64,000 bases of DNA from Atractiella rhizophila (GCA_021432655.1 MU271445.1:1-64000), one strand, 5' to 3'. Shown: positions 50,091 to 63,743, counted from the stretch's first letter. The notes: generated by a model not told the origin, from the letters alone. Translations and numbers: made by a program.

Positions 50091-52471
50091 ATGACTTTGG
50101 CCGCCCTTACACAAGCACACACTGACGAATACTCCCGAAGAAGCCCAGAAAACCGAAGCTCAAGTAGCTCGGGCGATTCATCAAGACCTCCTCCAACCTT
50201 CTCTTCCCTCCAATCCATCCCCTCAAGCATGCATTTCAGCGATCACAAGGCCGGACTCGCCGATCCCAATCAGAACATTGATTGGCTTAGCGATGGTGGA
50301 GATGTGGATGATTTTGACGAGCTCCCTCTCCCAGAGGTCTCCTTGCCTTTGGGACAATGGACTACGCTCGTGCGTTTCTTCTCCTCCAATCTTGTGGGAA
50401 GGGAACATTGTGAAAGGGTCATGTATTAGCCCATCGTGAACGCCTGTGCCAACTTCTCACTACCGGACCCCGAAACTACTGCTTGGGATCCTACTTCCCT
50501 GCGGGCTCAGTATCAATCATCCCGACAAGCGACCAGGGCTTCGTCTCCTCAGTCGATCTTTAAGCCTCGCCCCAAGCAGTTGGTGGAGCTAGAGAAAGAA
50601 ATATCTCTTACGGAGAACCCAAGCCTCCATTCCGAGTCAGCAATTGTGGACGATCACCACGACGAAGATGAAGACGACTTGCTCATCCCTTTCTTCCTTG
50701 CACTCCCAAGAGACCAGAACCCCATTCTTCCGTCTGCCCCACCGACGCCGCCTCCACCAGCATACGATCCACTTGCCCTTCTCGAGTCAAGCTCGTCCTC
50801 TCTTCCTCCCGCGCCACAGGTGAAGGCTATTTCTCCACCTCAGCTGTGGCAGCAGCCTATTGGCTATCTACGACCGCCAGTCGTGCGCGCATTGCTCGAA
50901 GTACGTTGACAGCGCAATCTCACCATATGTAATCACTAAATAAGCGGATCATGCAGGACAACGAGAAGATGCGACAAATGAAGTGCAAAACTTGTTGGTC
51001 CTTCATTGCAACTCCCGAGAGAGAGGAAGGAGAACGCGAGAGGGAGGAGAGGCACAAAAAGGAACTAGAAGAGGAGGGCTCCCGCTCCGTCAGTCGCATG
51101 TCCTTCAGTCGCTCGGCAAGTCGGAGAAGTTCCGCGGCAGGCAGCGGTTTTGGATTGCAGAGGACCATTTCGAGGAGAGGAAGCCACAGCACCCCTGCGA
51201 TTCAGCAAAGCACAAGCTCCAGTGTTTCCTCTGCTTCTAACTCTGCAGGTCCTAGCTCCCCTATCCCATCATCGGCCCACCTTCCTTCAATGGCTTTGTC
51301 TCCTCTCGCTCCCATGACGCCAGCCTCATCGAATCTCCCCACCATACCACAAAAGACGCCGTTGATCCGCCCCCAACCGGTTCCTCACCAAACGACGGCG
51401 ACCTCTCAGCCGCACGGCTCAGAATATTTCAATGACATCGGAGATCCTTGCGACCCAAAGGGAATCGTCGCCATGGCTTTCGCTGACTGGATCAATGGGT
51501 TCGAAATTGTCACCTCTCCTGCCGGAGAAGAGTCTCTTGTTTACAATACTCCGGAAAGTCTGGTCGGAAGGGAGGCGATGGATTCTCGCACAGAGCACAT
51601 CGACCGCGTTGTGAGGAACTGGAAAGCGCAGGGAAAGTTCTCGGACCCTTTGAGCGGGTGGAGGGACGAGTCCTACACAATCTATGCACCAGCTAAGAAT
51701 CAGAAGGACGATGAGATGGAGGATAGTGCAGCGGTCCTCGGAGGTGGGGAAGTGGCTTTCAAGATGGAACGGGCCGCTTGCGCTTTGTTCAGTTTCGCGA
51801 CTTTCGGAGTACACCTCAATGGGTGGACTGTGGACGCAAATGGGACGAAGAAACTGTGGGTTCCTAGAAGGACGAAAACGAAGCAGACTTGGCCTGGATA
51901 TCTCGACAATACCGTGGCTGGAGGGATCACCTTCGGAGAAACCCCAACCGCAGGTATGCCAGGCCTTCCTAGAGACTTATTCATCTGAATTCTTGTTTTC
52001 TAGTGATGATACGTGAATGTGCTGAGGAGGCATCACTCCCACCTTCATTTGTTCGCAAATACATCAAGCCTGCGGGTCTCATCTCTTACATCTACCGCAC
52101 GAAATCAGGCTGGATACAACCTGAACAGCAGTTTATCTACGACCTAGAATGGCCCTCTGCAACTTCAAACACTCACAATTCCTTCAAGATTCCAACTCCA
52201 ACCACCAACCCTGCAGACGGAGAAGTCGAGAGTTTCGAACTCATGGACTTAGGTACGGTTATGCAAAAAATGTTTGACGGCGGTAAGTGTATAGATTGTT
52301 CTCAACACCCGATCGAATTCTGATGAGAACTGTGCAGAGTTCAAGCCTAATTGTGCGCTTGTCGTCGTCGACTGGCTCATTCGAAAAGGCATCCTGTCCA
52401 GCGAGGGAGACTCGAAATACGCTCAAGTATGCCGAAAGTTGCGAGGAAGCTTAGCTCTTCCTAGCATGTAA
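50091..52471 (+). CDS. Nudix hydrolase of the YJR142W/Tnr3-N type (DUF4743 + Nudix), with long low-complexity extensions
   Basis: GWRDESYTIY, MERAACALFSFATFGVHLNG, WVPRRTKTKQTWPGYLDNTVAGG, RECAEEASL, QPEQQFIYDL, DGEVESF and EFKPNCALV. Start codon uncertain. Confidence 0.85.
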
Positions 52472-52853
52472 ACAACGATCTTATCTTCTGTTACTCTTCC
52501 CTCTCTGTCACCATTTGCCAAACTTTGTTACTCCGAACATCTGCTTGTTTATCATTTGTTGAAGTTGAAGTTCTCCTGTCCAACAAAACAAGATCCCTAA
52601 TCAACTTGGATCACCCTCAATCAGTAAATATCAGCTATTTGAAGATAGATCCCTCTCATTCGGTTTCAGATAGAAGACAGAAATCATCAACGTCTCTAAT
52701 TGAGTTTCAGATAACCTGCTCTAAAGCCTTAATCTTGTACATGTTCTTTTCTTCTTGTAGAACAATTTTTCATTCCTTATATTCGTCCCTGTTCGCTCCT
52801 TCTGTTAAGGTTGTGACAATCTCCTTCATTCCGAATCAATAATTCTAAATACA

Positions 52854-55630
52854 TTACCCCTTTCTATAAATTTCATCAGCCACGGCAAGCACATCCTTCA
52901 TACCCTTAGTCTCATGCACTCTTACAATCTCTGCGGCACCGCTCCCGACTGCAGCAGTAACAGCAGCGGCTGTAGCCCAATCCCTCTCCGCCGGCGGGCC
53001 CTTAGGACGGCCCACAACTTGTCCCAAGAAGCTCTTTCTGGATGGCCCAAACAAGACGGGCAAGTTGGCGAGGAGCTGAGCATCCTTATCCGAGCCTAAC
53101 TCGTTCTCTCCGAGACCATCTCTCGACCTGCCGACGGTGGAGGACAGGTTTCGGATAAGGTGGATAGATGTCGTGGCTCCGCCTTTCGCGAATCCGAGGC
53201 CAGGGTCGATGATTATGTTCCAACGCTTGATACCAGCATCCAACGCATCCCTTACACGTTCCGCCAACTCCTTCTTCACTCCTTTCACGATCCCACCCTG
53301 CTCGTCATAATCCGCCAAAGATGCCATAGTGCTCGAATTCCCCCTCATATGCATGAGAACAATGGGACAATCGAGTTTTTTCACAGTCTCCAACATCTTC
53401 TCATCCCCTCTTCCTCCTGTCACATCATTCACTATGTTCGCTCCCGCCTCTACACAGGCTCTAGCGACGGACGCTCTGAAAGTGTCGATGCTGATGGGGG
53501 TTCGTACACCCTCCCTTCTCAACTTGTGGATGAGGGGCAACACCCTATTGAGCTCTTCTTCCTCTGACACCTCCTCCGCACCTGGCCGGGTGGAGTATCC
53601 CCCGAGGTCGAGGATGTCTGCTCCGTTGGAGATGTGCTCTAGACAGATTCGGTGGTTGCGATCGAGGTCTTTATATTCGGAGGGAGACCCGTCGGAGAAG
53701 GAGTCAGGGGTAAGGTTGATGATGGACATCAGAAGCGTTCGACGAGGTGGGAGGGCGAAAGTTAGGTTGGACGGGTAAGAGGGGGAGGATGTGTCAAGGG
53801 GCAGGTAGCGCGTTAGGGAGGAAGAGGTGGAGGCAGAGGATTTGATGAGGGCAGAGAGGAGGTCACTTGGTGTTCGATCGCCCAATACCCCGATTTGACG
53901 GTCGGGGATGATGCTAAGAAGCATACCTCAGTGTCATCCAAGAATGTCAGGTGGATGCTCACTCAGCCAACGGACGAAGGACGAACTCCCTCTCCGTCAT
54001 CCGCTCATGCGGGATCTTGAGCCACATCTCATTCCCGCCTTCGTCGACCTCATCCGTCCGCAACTGAAAGCTCTCGTCGCCATAGAGGAGGATGTCGAGG
54101 TCAAGGATACGAGGTCCGTTTGGCTTATAGGAGGATTCGGAGTCTGGAGTTGTTGGACGCGAAGAGAACGGAGAGGGACGTCCGAAGGAGCGTTCGATTT
54201 GTTTGAGATAGGAGAGCAAAGCGGGTTGGGAGAGCGTGGTGGATATCTAGTTACGATTTACTATTTAATCAATCCAATTCAAGGAAAGAAAAAATTGAGT
54301 ATAGGAAGCCTACCTTGATGACGGCATTGAGGAAACGAGGTTGGTCGGTGACATACATCGGTTCGCTTTCATACAACCCGCTCGTCTCCTCCACCTTGAC
54401 ACGATCGTCCGCCTCCAACCTCTTCAGCGCGTTCCTCACATTCTCATACCTCTCACCCAAATTCGTGCCTAGCGCGATAAAAGCCTCCTTCCTCCTATCC
54501 CACCTCTCCGTATACGTCTCCGTGTACGCCGTTGAGCTTGTGCTGAATGTCCTTCTCCCCGTTCCCCCAAATAGAGAACGAGAGCGCTGAGACTCGGAAA
54601 AGAGCTCTTGCCGTGTCCGAAACATCTCCACGCTCGCTCCTGGCGTTGAAGAACTGGAGGACGGAACGGAGGGGATTGGGAAGGACCAGAGCACGGCGGA
54701 GGGCTTTGTGGCTCTTATTCGCGCTCGTGAGACGTCCCATTGGGTTTGTGAGGGCGAAAGGACGTATTTTTGGAGGGAGAGACAGAGAGATTCGATAGTG
54801 AGTGGGTGGAGCGTTTTGACGTGCTGCTCCACAACATCAGCGACATTCGACTCGACTTGGCTCGACACGATTCTGATTCAGCTCGATTCAACTCGACTCT
54901 ACTTAACATGATTCTTATTCGCCTCGATAGTATCCAGTCCACTCCAGTCAAGTCGAGATGAGCCAAGTGTAGAAGGATGGCTCACCTCGGTGAGTCCCTT
55001 AGCGAACGCTCGAAAGTCTAAATCCTCCGCCTGCTCCTTAAAGCCTGTCGTCTTCTCAGAGACCCAGACATCCGCATCGACCACGACTTCCTGTTCCTCC
55101 TCCCTCTCCTTCTCCCTCAAACCGATAATCGTCTGCGCGCTCAAAGCCCTGAACGCCCAAAAATCGTTCCGCCTATTCCTCGTCCCCAGCCTCCTTTCTG
55201 GCCGTGCCTTGGACGGGAACTGGTGATAATCCTCCCTCCCTCGCACCGCGCACCAACCGACGAGTGATCGACTTCCGAACTTGAGCGCGCGGAGGTGCCA
55301 GAGCTCGATGTGCACGGGTCCGGAGATGTGACGACTGAAGAGGGCGAGGGAACACATCTCTTCACCGAGCTCAGAGAGGGAGGGGAAGGAGGAGGTGGAA
55401 GAGACGGTACGTTGGAAGAGCGCGGAAAGGGCGGAGTAGTCGCTGCTGCTTGAGCTAGGCCCGTCGAGCGTGTCGGTGTGGGCGATGGCGGAGGTGGCGC
55501 TGGAGGCGAAGTGGAAGTTGAGGAGGATGGGATGCGGTTTCGTGTTCTGATCAGCGGCTGAGGACCAGAGGGTCGAGGGCAGGTTGACGGTGAGGAAGAG
55601 GTTGTTGACTGATGTCGAATCGGACAACAT
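52854..55630 (-). CDS. FOL1: Trifunctional folate synthesis protein (DHNA-HPPK-DHPS)
   Basis: DHNA TIIGLREKEREEEQEVVVD; HPPK FIALGTNLG, DQPRFLNAV, GPRILDLDILLY, IPHERMTEREFVLRPL; DHPS IINLTPDSFSDG, ISIDTFRA, DPGLGF, GPSRKSF, VRVHE. Confidence 0.95.
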
Positions 55631-55993
55631 GCAGAACTTGAAGCACAACTCAAAGGTATTATCGCTTTATCAGTGTAACATGTAAATATGTAATAGTCCT
55701 ATAATAATGTTTTTTGGGAGATTTTGTTCCAATCCTGATGTAGGTGAGTCATGGCCAATCATGATACTATTACTACGAGTTACGAGTACGACCACTTGGA
55801 CAATAGATTATTCTTGCAATCCTCGTTAACCCTTGTTATTGTAGAATTTCTGCGCAATAGAAGAGTAGAACGGTAATTTGCCGGAAAAGCAAAAGATTGA
55901 TCGCCGGAGCGCTCTGCTACGTTAACAGCCACGACGTGATAAAAGCCGGAACGCGACTCGAAGGGTTGGTGTCAAACGACCTCATTTCAAGTT

Positions 55994-56998
55994 ATGGCAG
56001 CCGACCCTCCTGGATCAGCGAACGCGAGAGTAGCCAAAGAACCTCCTCCTTCATTCCAAGAGATCACACCTACGACCCTTTACTTTCCCACGAATCACGA
56101 TGGGAGGATACCAAGTGACGAGCCTTCGATCATCTTGATATTCGGTGTGTACTGTACATCTCTATCGCGCTATACCTGATGCTTATATGTCTCTTTGTTA
56201 CTGTGCGCAGGATGGATGGATGCCCCACGACGTGCGCTCCTCAGCTACGTCTCCCTCCACCGTAGCCTCTTCCCTCGTTCACCCATCCTGCTCTTCACCA
56301 CCTCCGCCTCCTTCTTCTTCCTCAGCCAAGCAAAGAAGCGATCCCAGCTCCTGCCCCTTCTCCCATTCTTCTTCGACTCCGTGGACCCCTCCAGAACTTA
56401 CCTCCACCTCTTCTCCAACGGCGGGTGCGCAAAATACGCCTTATTCTCCAACCTGCTCCGCGATCACAAGTCTCAAGGGTTCCCAGTCGAGGGAAGGAGC
56501 AAGTTCGAACCCGTAGCTACGATCTTCGATTCGTGCCCAGGAAGCAGCGGTACCCTCCGCTCCTTCGTACATGCCTTCTCGGCACCCTTCTCCAAGTCCC
56601 TCCTCCTTCTCAAAATCGGGGTAAAATCCCTCCTAGTTTTCGTCTACATCCTCCTCCATACGCTCCGTCTCCTCCTCCGTTTGGTCGGTCGCAGATCTCA
56701 AACCCCAGTCGATATCCTTCGCGCCGCGCTCAACAAGAGGGGTCGCCTCATGCGACGCTTGTATATCTATTCGGATAAGGACGCTCTCGTACCTGCCGGA
56801 GAGGTGGAAAGACATGCGAAGGATGCTACCGATGTGGATGAGGAGAGGAGGGTGAAGTTGTGGAGGTTGGAGGGGAGCGAACATGTCGCGCATGCAAGGA
56901 AGGAGCCAGGGAGGTATCGGGAGGAGGTGAAGGGGTTTTGGGTGGAGTGTTGTGGTGCGGAGAAGAAGGAGTCCGATGAAAGTGACGCAGATGGTTGA
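55994..56998 (+). CDS. DUF829/TMEM53-like alpha/beta-fold protein
   Basis: IILIFG|WMDA, HLFSNGG, IFDSCPG, RLYIYSDKDALV and GSEHVAH. One intron near 56145-56210. Confidence 0.85.
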
Positions 56999-57282
56999 TC
57001 GTCTTCCTTGCTCATGGTGGTTGCTTCTGCTTCCTTCTCAGAAGCGTTCTCACTGCAAAAAATTGTTTCAGCGGGTACTCAAGCTTAGAGAAGTAGAAGG
57101 CGTCGACCTGTTTCATGAGTATTTATTTTTTAGGATACAAAGTAGTTAATATAATGCTATTCCATCCTATTGTAGCTCTCGCAATGCCGCCCTAGAACAA
57201 ATACATCCGTCTTGTTGACATGAGTCTCAATGGAAGGGTCTGTTGCACGTGAGTGGGGTGATCATGAGCTAACGAAGAAGAG

Positions 57283-58202
57283 ATGTCTCGACCTGACCCT
57301 CCGCCTCATCATGATTCCACTCCAGCTACAAGCACTACGCGCACCCAAACAATCTTCCAATCATACAAGGACTCCCTAAACAAAGCGTATGACCGACGGG
57401 AGCGACTGATCAAGACCTCTCGCGACGTGACCATCCATTCGAAGCGGCTCATCTTCCACCTCCACCGCGTCAAGTCTTCCCCACCGACTGACGTCTTTCG
57501 TGGCGCTTTGGAGCAGACACAGAAAATCTACGGGTTGTGGAGGCACGTAGGGGAGGAGGTGGAAGCTGCTTGTGTGGAGGAGGACATGAAGGGGATGGAG
57601 TGGAGATTTGGTCATGCTTGGAAGAGCGGCCTGCAAGAGTTCGTAAGCTCTTTGTCTTTATACTTGCTAGGTTGTATGAAGAGTTTTTGTTTATGTGCGG
57701 AAGATAGAGAGTCAGCTCCTCTACCATTGGCTTTTCCTCCTCTTGCGGCCTTCGAATCCAGACATAGCGGCTTATCCTCCTCCTCCAATACGACCCTCTC
57801 TTCCTCCGAACATACTGCTCACCCCGACAGATTGGATGGAAGGCATGGCAGATTTTACGGGTGAGGTCATGAGGCTATCAGTAGCTGGATGGGGAGCTGA
57901 TTTGAAGGGAGTAAACATGGCTGACCTCGTCAGAGCTGTGTTGGGAGGTCTGTCGTTTCGCTCTTCTCCCAACCCTTGTGTTCTAATGTTGTTGATGGTG
58001 CAAGAAATGCTGAAACTTGAACCGAGCGTTCCGAAGAAAGACAGGGATAAGCTCGTGATGGTTAAGCAGAATCTGAGAAAGATTGAAGAAGGTAAGTCTG
58101 GGTGTTCGCCGCTTACTCTGCCTGCGAGTTTCTCACGCAATTGTTCGCGGCACAGCGCGTTACAATGCCGAAATTAGGAAGGCTGAAAATGTCCAGCCAT
58201 GA
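57283..58202 (+). CDS. TSNAX: Translin-associated factor X (TRAX, C3PO RNase subunit)
   Basis: DRRERLIKTSRDVTIHSKRLIFHLHR. Spliced GLQEF|IES and GMADFTGEVMR retain the acidic catalytic residues. KQNLRKIEE near the C-terminus. Confidence 0.85.
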
Positions 58203-58519
58203 GGAGAGCTTACGAAGACAAGCGGATCAGATGGGATGGACGAGGATGACTGAAGAACTCTGTCTGAGTTCCTATTTCTTGTAGGATGCCGTCAAATAGT
58301 TTAGTATCACCACCATAAATCGCAACATATATTCCGCAACTTCACTGAAATCGGCAGAAGAGCAATTGACATGGATGAAAGAAAGAAAGTGAATAATGTC
58401 GTGTCGCGACGCGCTGCGCCAAGTGGAAGGCCGGCGGCACATGAAAGTATGAAACGGGACAAGGCGTTGCAACTGTGAATAAAAGTGCATAGCGAACGAC
58501 CAGGAACTGAACGACCAAG

Positions 58520-61500
58520 ATGCCCTTCCCAGACCTGCAGCCGCCTCTCAACACCTTTACTGTGGGCTTGGGCGGCCTCACGGAGCTCACAAAGACCACG
58601 GCGAAGCATTTTCTGATGCCCTCTCACTCTCAAGACCTGTGCCCCTCCTCATTCCTTTCTTTCTAGAAGCTGAGTAGCTGGACAGGCCGGCGAATAAGGA
58701 GTTTGCTTATGATGCAGCATTCCATGTTATGCGAGGTGATTCCTCTCTTTTCGAAGGGAGGAGAGCTGAAGGAATCCAGATTTCAATGAACGGCTCGCAC
58801 GACATACTGTGGAAGATGTACAGCGCTTTTCAGAGGCCTATGTGCCATCTCCTCCTTGTGAGTCGAATCTTTGCACTCCCTCTCAGCTACTCTGAAGAGC
58901 CTTGGTTGTCCAGGGATTCTCGTCCTCAAAACGATCATCTCTGCTGAGTCTTGTAAGGATGCGGACAACTACATTGTGCAAGCCATTGGAGAAGAGGACA
59001 TGAACAAGGTCTTTGGTGGAACTCAATGGTGGAGGCGACGTCTCATCAATGGGGTTGAAGCAGAATGGATATCAATGAAGCGGTGCGGCTTCCTCTAGAT
59101 TAACCAAGTCGATGGCTGAGGGAATCTTGGAGCAGGGACTGGAAAGGGCCGGATCTGCCTCAAGATTCGTCAGCCTCATTGGACGATAACGAGCCTATGA
59201 GTCCGACGGGAGGGGAGGGTTTCGAATTCTTTTCACGCGTCCTCGGCTCTCGCCGTCAACATCCGCCGCAACCAGCACCAGCAAACCCACCAGACTCAGT
59301 TCCCCTCCAAGGTTCGAAATCAGCGCCGCCAACGACGCCTTCTTCTCCCCCTACCACTTCTTCCAAACTTTCGCGTAGACCCTCAATTGGGCAAAAGCTC
59401 TCCTCTTTCATGCGGAGGACGTCTAACGCAAGTCAGCATCCGAACCTCCCGCAAAGTACGATCACGACACCGAATACCAGTTCTCAGGATGAAAAGAAGC
59501 TGCCTAGTGGAATCGAAGCGGCTAGAGAGCAGCAATTGCCAAAGGCTGAGCGGACGGAGCATGATGAAGGAGAGTACGAGGAGCATTTGGACAGCATGCC
59601 TGTCATTCTGTACATTCAGTAGGTCATTCCTGCCATGTCTATTCTCGTTTGCTGAAAGGCAGACAGCGTGAGCTGCTTCTGCTTCTTCTTCCTTGACCTG
59701 AACGAGAGAAACAGGGAGGTGGTTTCTACTGGGGAGATATCAATACTCACAGGCAAGCATACCTTCTGCGGTCCTTTCCTTTCCGTTGTGACCACTTTTC
59801 TATTGGCAGATATACCATCTGGCGACATGCGCGCAAGATGGGAGGGCGAGCATTCGCCGTTCGCTATCGGCTGGCACCACAGTTCCCTTTCCCTTGTGCT
59901 TTGGCAGACGTCCTCGCCGCGTATCTATACCTGATTCGCCCACCGAAAGATGCCAAACATCGTGCCATCGACCCGAACAAGATCGTAATTGCAGGTGACT
60001 CGGCTGGTGGAAACCTCGCTCTAAATCTTCTCTGCGTGCTACGAGATCTAGACCTCCCCCTTCCTGCTGGAGGAGTCCTCATAAGCCCTTGGTGCGACCT
60101 CACTCACTCTTTTCCATCCGTCATCGCGAACGCAGACACGGACTTCTTGCGTATGTTACACTGTTTCAGTTCAGTTTAAAGTGACGAAATGGTGTACAGC
60201 ACACTACGGATTCGTCCACAAGCCCTCCGCTCTATGGCCAGTGCCGTCGCTGCCCCATCCCCATCCAGAGAGCAAACGATTCCGACCTATCGTCAGTGAA
60301 TCAATCCGCCCGAAGAAGGGCGATAAACAGCGACCTGACGAAGCTACTGGAGAGGAGAAGGCAGACGATGACGGCCTCCTCAAGGTCATGATTGACGGTA
60401 AAACGATCGAGCTCTCCGAACAGATTCAAATGTATGCCACAACAGAACAACTGTGTTATCGATATGTGAACCCATTGATGCAGCCTAGTTTGGGAGGTAA
60501 GTTGGATGATATCGATGGAAGCCTGCCGATAGACTGTCACAGGATTACCTCCTTTGCTCATCACCTGCGGTGATAAAGAACGCCTGCGGGATGAGATCAT
60601 ATATGTGTGTTCTTCAGCCACCTCAATGAGAAGGGCTAAACAACAGAGTAGCTTTCGCATAGGGCCTCAAACCCCTCGAAGTATCCCATTCGCCAATCTC
60701 TTCTAGATGCACAGGCAGAATACACGCAGAAGGCAGTACAGTATCGCCCAACAGACATCCACCTACAAATCTACGACGGCGTATGCCACGACTTCATCCT
60801 CTTCTCATTCACTACCCCTGCCAAATACCTCTTCCGGAGCGTCGCTAGCTTCACAAAATGGGTGCAAGCAGTACCCGACACCCCTGTACAGACCGAAGAG
60901 CCGAATAATGGAGGAGTCGCTCTCAGTAGGAGACTTAGCGTCCTCAGGCTCGACAAAAAGGTCGAAGGACCAAGAAACAAAGTCAGAGGATTGGATAAGA
61001 CGTTCGCCCTTTCGTTGTCTGCATGCAACAGAAGTTGACCAGAGGCATAGCATCTATACCTCGTTGCAGCCATTCCACGTACGTTCTTCCCCTCTTCTGA
61101 ACAGCAATATTAATCCACATGTCCAGCGGCCAGTTTTTACTAATCACATGATACGAGAGCGGATCAATACATTCGGTGTGGTGCGGCCATTGGAGGCAGA
61201 AGAGGACATTGCTGTTTTACAACGACCGGTCGAGGAAGTGGGAGCCATACAAGAAGGGTAAGTGTATTGACATTGAATATCGGCGCATTATTGAAACATA
61301 TTGGATAGCGCAATAAAGATGTACCTTGACGGATTTCGGCATCGAGACTCGAAGTACAAGTCTACTCTACGACGACTGGAGAGCGAAGTGGCAAAGAAGG
61401 AGAAGAAAGCTACAGCCGCAACGGAATCATTATTCCGACGGCGGAAACAGCCACCGCCGGACGACAACTTGACAGGAATTACCAAGATACCAGGCCAACA

Positions 61501-61669
61501 TCCGCCTCCTGGGTCGTTAGCTGGCCGAAGGAATACTGCTGACGCGAGAGAACTCATCAAAAGCTTCGAGGCACACAAGAACATGCCCATACACCCTCTT
61601 AATCTTTGGAGTGAGATTCACGACATCGGCGCCCTGGGGGATCGTCCCCCCAGACAAGAAAAATCTTGA
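58520..61669 (+). CDS. Hormone-sensitive-lipase-family alpha/beta hydrolase (esterase/lipase)
   Basis: ILYIH|GGGFYWG, YRLAPQFPFPCALAD, GDSAGGNL, LISPWCDLTHSFPS, CGDKERLRDE and YDGVCHD. Many introns. Confidence 0.88.
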
Positions 61670-62500
61670 TTCATTACAATCAGTATGTTCATCTCAGGGA
61701 TTATGGATCAGGACGCCAACATGCATTCTTTCTGCTAGACTCGAGCCATAGCTTACCGGCTCAAACATCCTACTACTGATTTTTGGTAGATATTGCTCCT
61801 GTGAATGTGATATTCGGATATGTCAATAATCTATCCTGTCAATGAAAAGCGAATCAGATTGCATTTCATGGCTGAACGTCGCATATTGGCTCGAGGGGTC
61901 GTTCAACCGACCTGCACTTGCGTTCATGACTTGACATCGTCGATTGTTGTACCAGAGAGGTGTAGGTTGGTGACGGATACTCAGGCTAGTTGAACTGCCG
62001 AAACCAACGAGGCACGTAGCTTAGCCTGCATTTCGCGTTTGTTTGCACCACTTGCCCTGGATTGTGCGGGGTTTGACAGATCGTTATAAAAGACGATCTC
62101 AACACTCAAGTTTTGCCCATACCACTTTTTCATCATTTGGGACTGTCCTAAGCGATCCTTGCCGGTGCACGATGGTTACTATCAGGTTTTGGAAGTACGA
62201 CCCTGGCGGGTCTGCTGATAAACATGGCAGAGATGCTGGCATCTCCAGGTGTTGTTATGCTTCCGAAGTTTGGTCGTATCTTTTGTAAGCCTCCTTTCCG
62301 TATCATAACCCAACGTAACTTGTCACCTCAGTTGCATTCTGTCAAACGAAAGGAAGGCTCCCCCAAGGTCTCGACTTGTTGAAAGATGGATCTGTGGCTA
62401 CTTGCGGAGGGTCCGATTGCGCCTCCGCCACTGCACCAGCTTCAAAGCCTCCCGCCACCAGATCTATATCAAAAGCAACCTTGAGAACCAATTCCTCATC

Positions 62501-63743
62501 ATGGATAACCACTTCCAGTATTCAGGAGTGGATACAACTCTTGACCCCCTTTATATCCAGCCGTCTCGTCTTCTTTTCACAGGTCAGTGCAACTTATATT
62601 TCCAAGGTTGCTAATGCTCGTTTAGATCCTCACCGCTATCACCACATAATGAACTACCTCAGATTCGCTCAGTTTCTTTGCGCCCTTGGTAAGTACCGTG
62701 GTCCATCCACACAGACATGAATGTTTGGTGCAGTTGGACAAAGTCCAGACGTTTCGGGCACGACAGCGATTTCACAATCGAACTACCAATGCCTTGACCT
62801 TCCCGCATCCTCTAACCTTTCGCTCCATGCCACTACGAACGAACGAACGGCAGTGGAAGAGAGTTCCCAACAGAACAAAGATCCTGTGCCAGAAATCGGT
62901 CACTTCCAGCTCAACCAAACGTCCATGGTATCGGACTCCCCTTCTTTGCCCCCGCTACTACATCCTACAATTCATCAAAATGCATTCATGGTCAAGATCC
63001 GAGCTCATCAGCGAGTCCCGGGATATATCCAGTTGGGTCAGGGTGAAGACCTCTTCCTTCGAGTAGAAGGGTCTCGCCTTGTTCCTCTTTCCGCCAGCAA
63101 ATACTCCCCTTGGGATGTAAACCATATCCTTCTTTCACAGCACCGGTATCCGTGCGTTCGCTTTCGTAAGGAGAAGGTCTACCCTTGGTCCAAGACGAAG
63201 GACGCTAGGAGTGCATGGGTATTCGGCGTTGTTTTCGCACATAACCAGTGTACTTGTCGGAGACCTTTTCAATGGTTTCATTCAGAATACATTCGTCCAA
63301 TGGATGCTGTGGAGGAAGACGAACATCTAGGATCGAGACCGTTCGTTCGACCAGCAGAGATGCTTATACATTTGAAAAAATGCAGCTTGTCCGATTTATT
63401 GCCAGGTTTCGTCAAAATTCTCTCAGCCATCTCTGGAACACGTTGACGTAATGACATTCTACTAAATTGTTTCGTGACCCTCCTTTTCCCTTTTCGCCAG
63501 TAATTGCCTGTTTCTCTTCTCCTTTCTCAGAAATCAGTTCCAAAATCCAAGTTGTCTCTTCCTGATGAACTCTTCTTACGACCTGTCTCTTTATGTCATA
63601 CGTGCTCAGCTTGCTGGATTTCCATCACTATTCTAACACATTTACAGCGCCGAAGAGAGTGTGGCACAATAACCACTAGCAGGGCTGCTATCCTAAAGCA
63701 GGCAGTTCAAATTTCTCGATCAACTCAGACTCGGACTTCGTAG
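62501..63743 (+). CDS. Hypothetical multi-exon protein (3' end uncertain)
   Basis: ATG at 62501 after a TATA-like motif near 62465. Plausible introns at 62583-62625 and 62689-62733 lead into the 241-aa ORF. No recognised domain. Confidence 0.4.
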
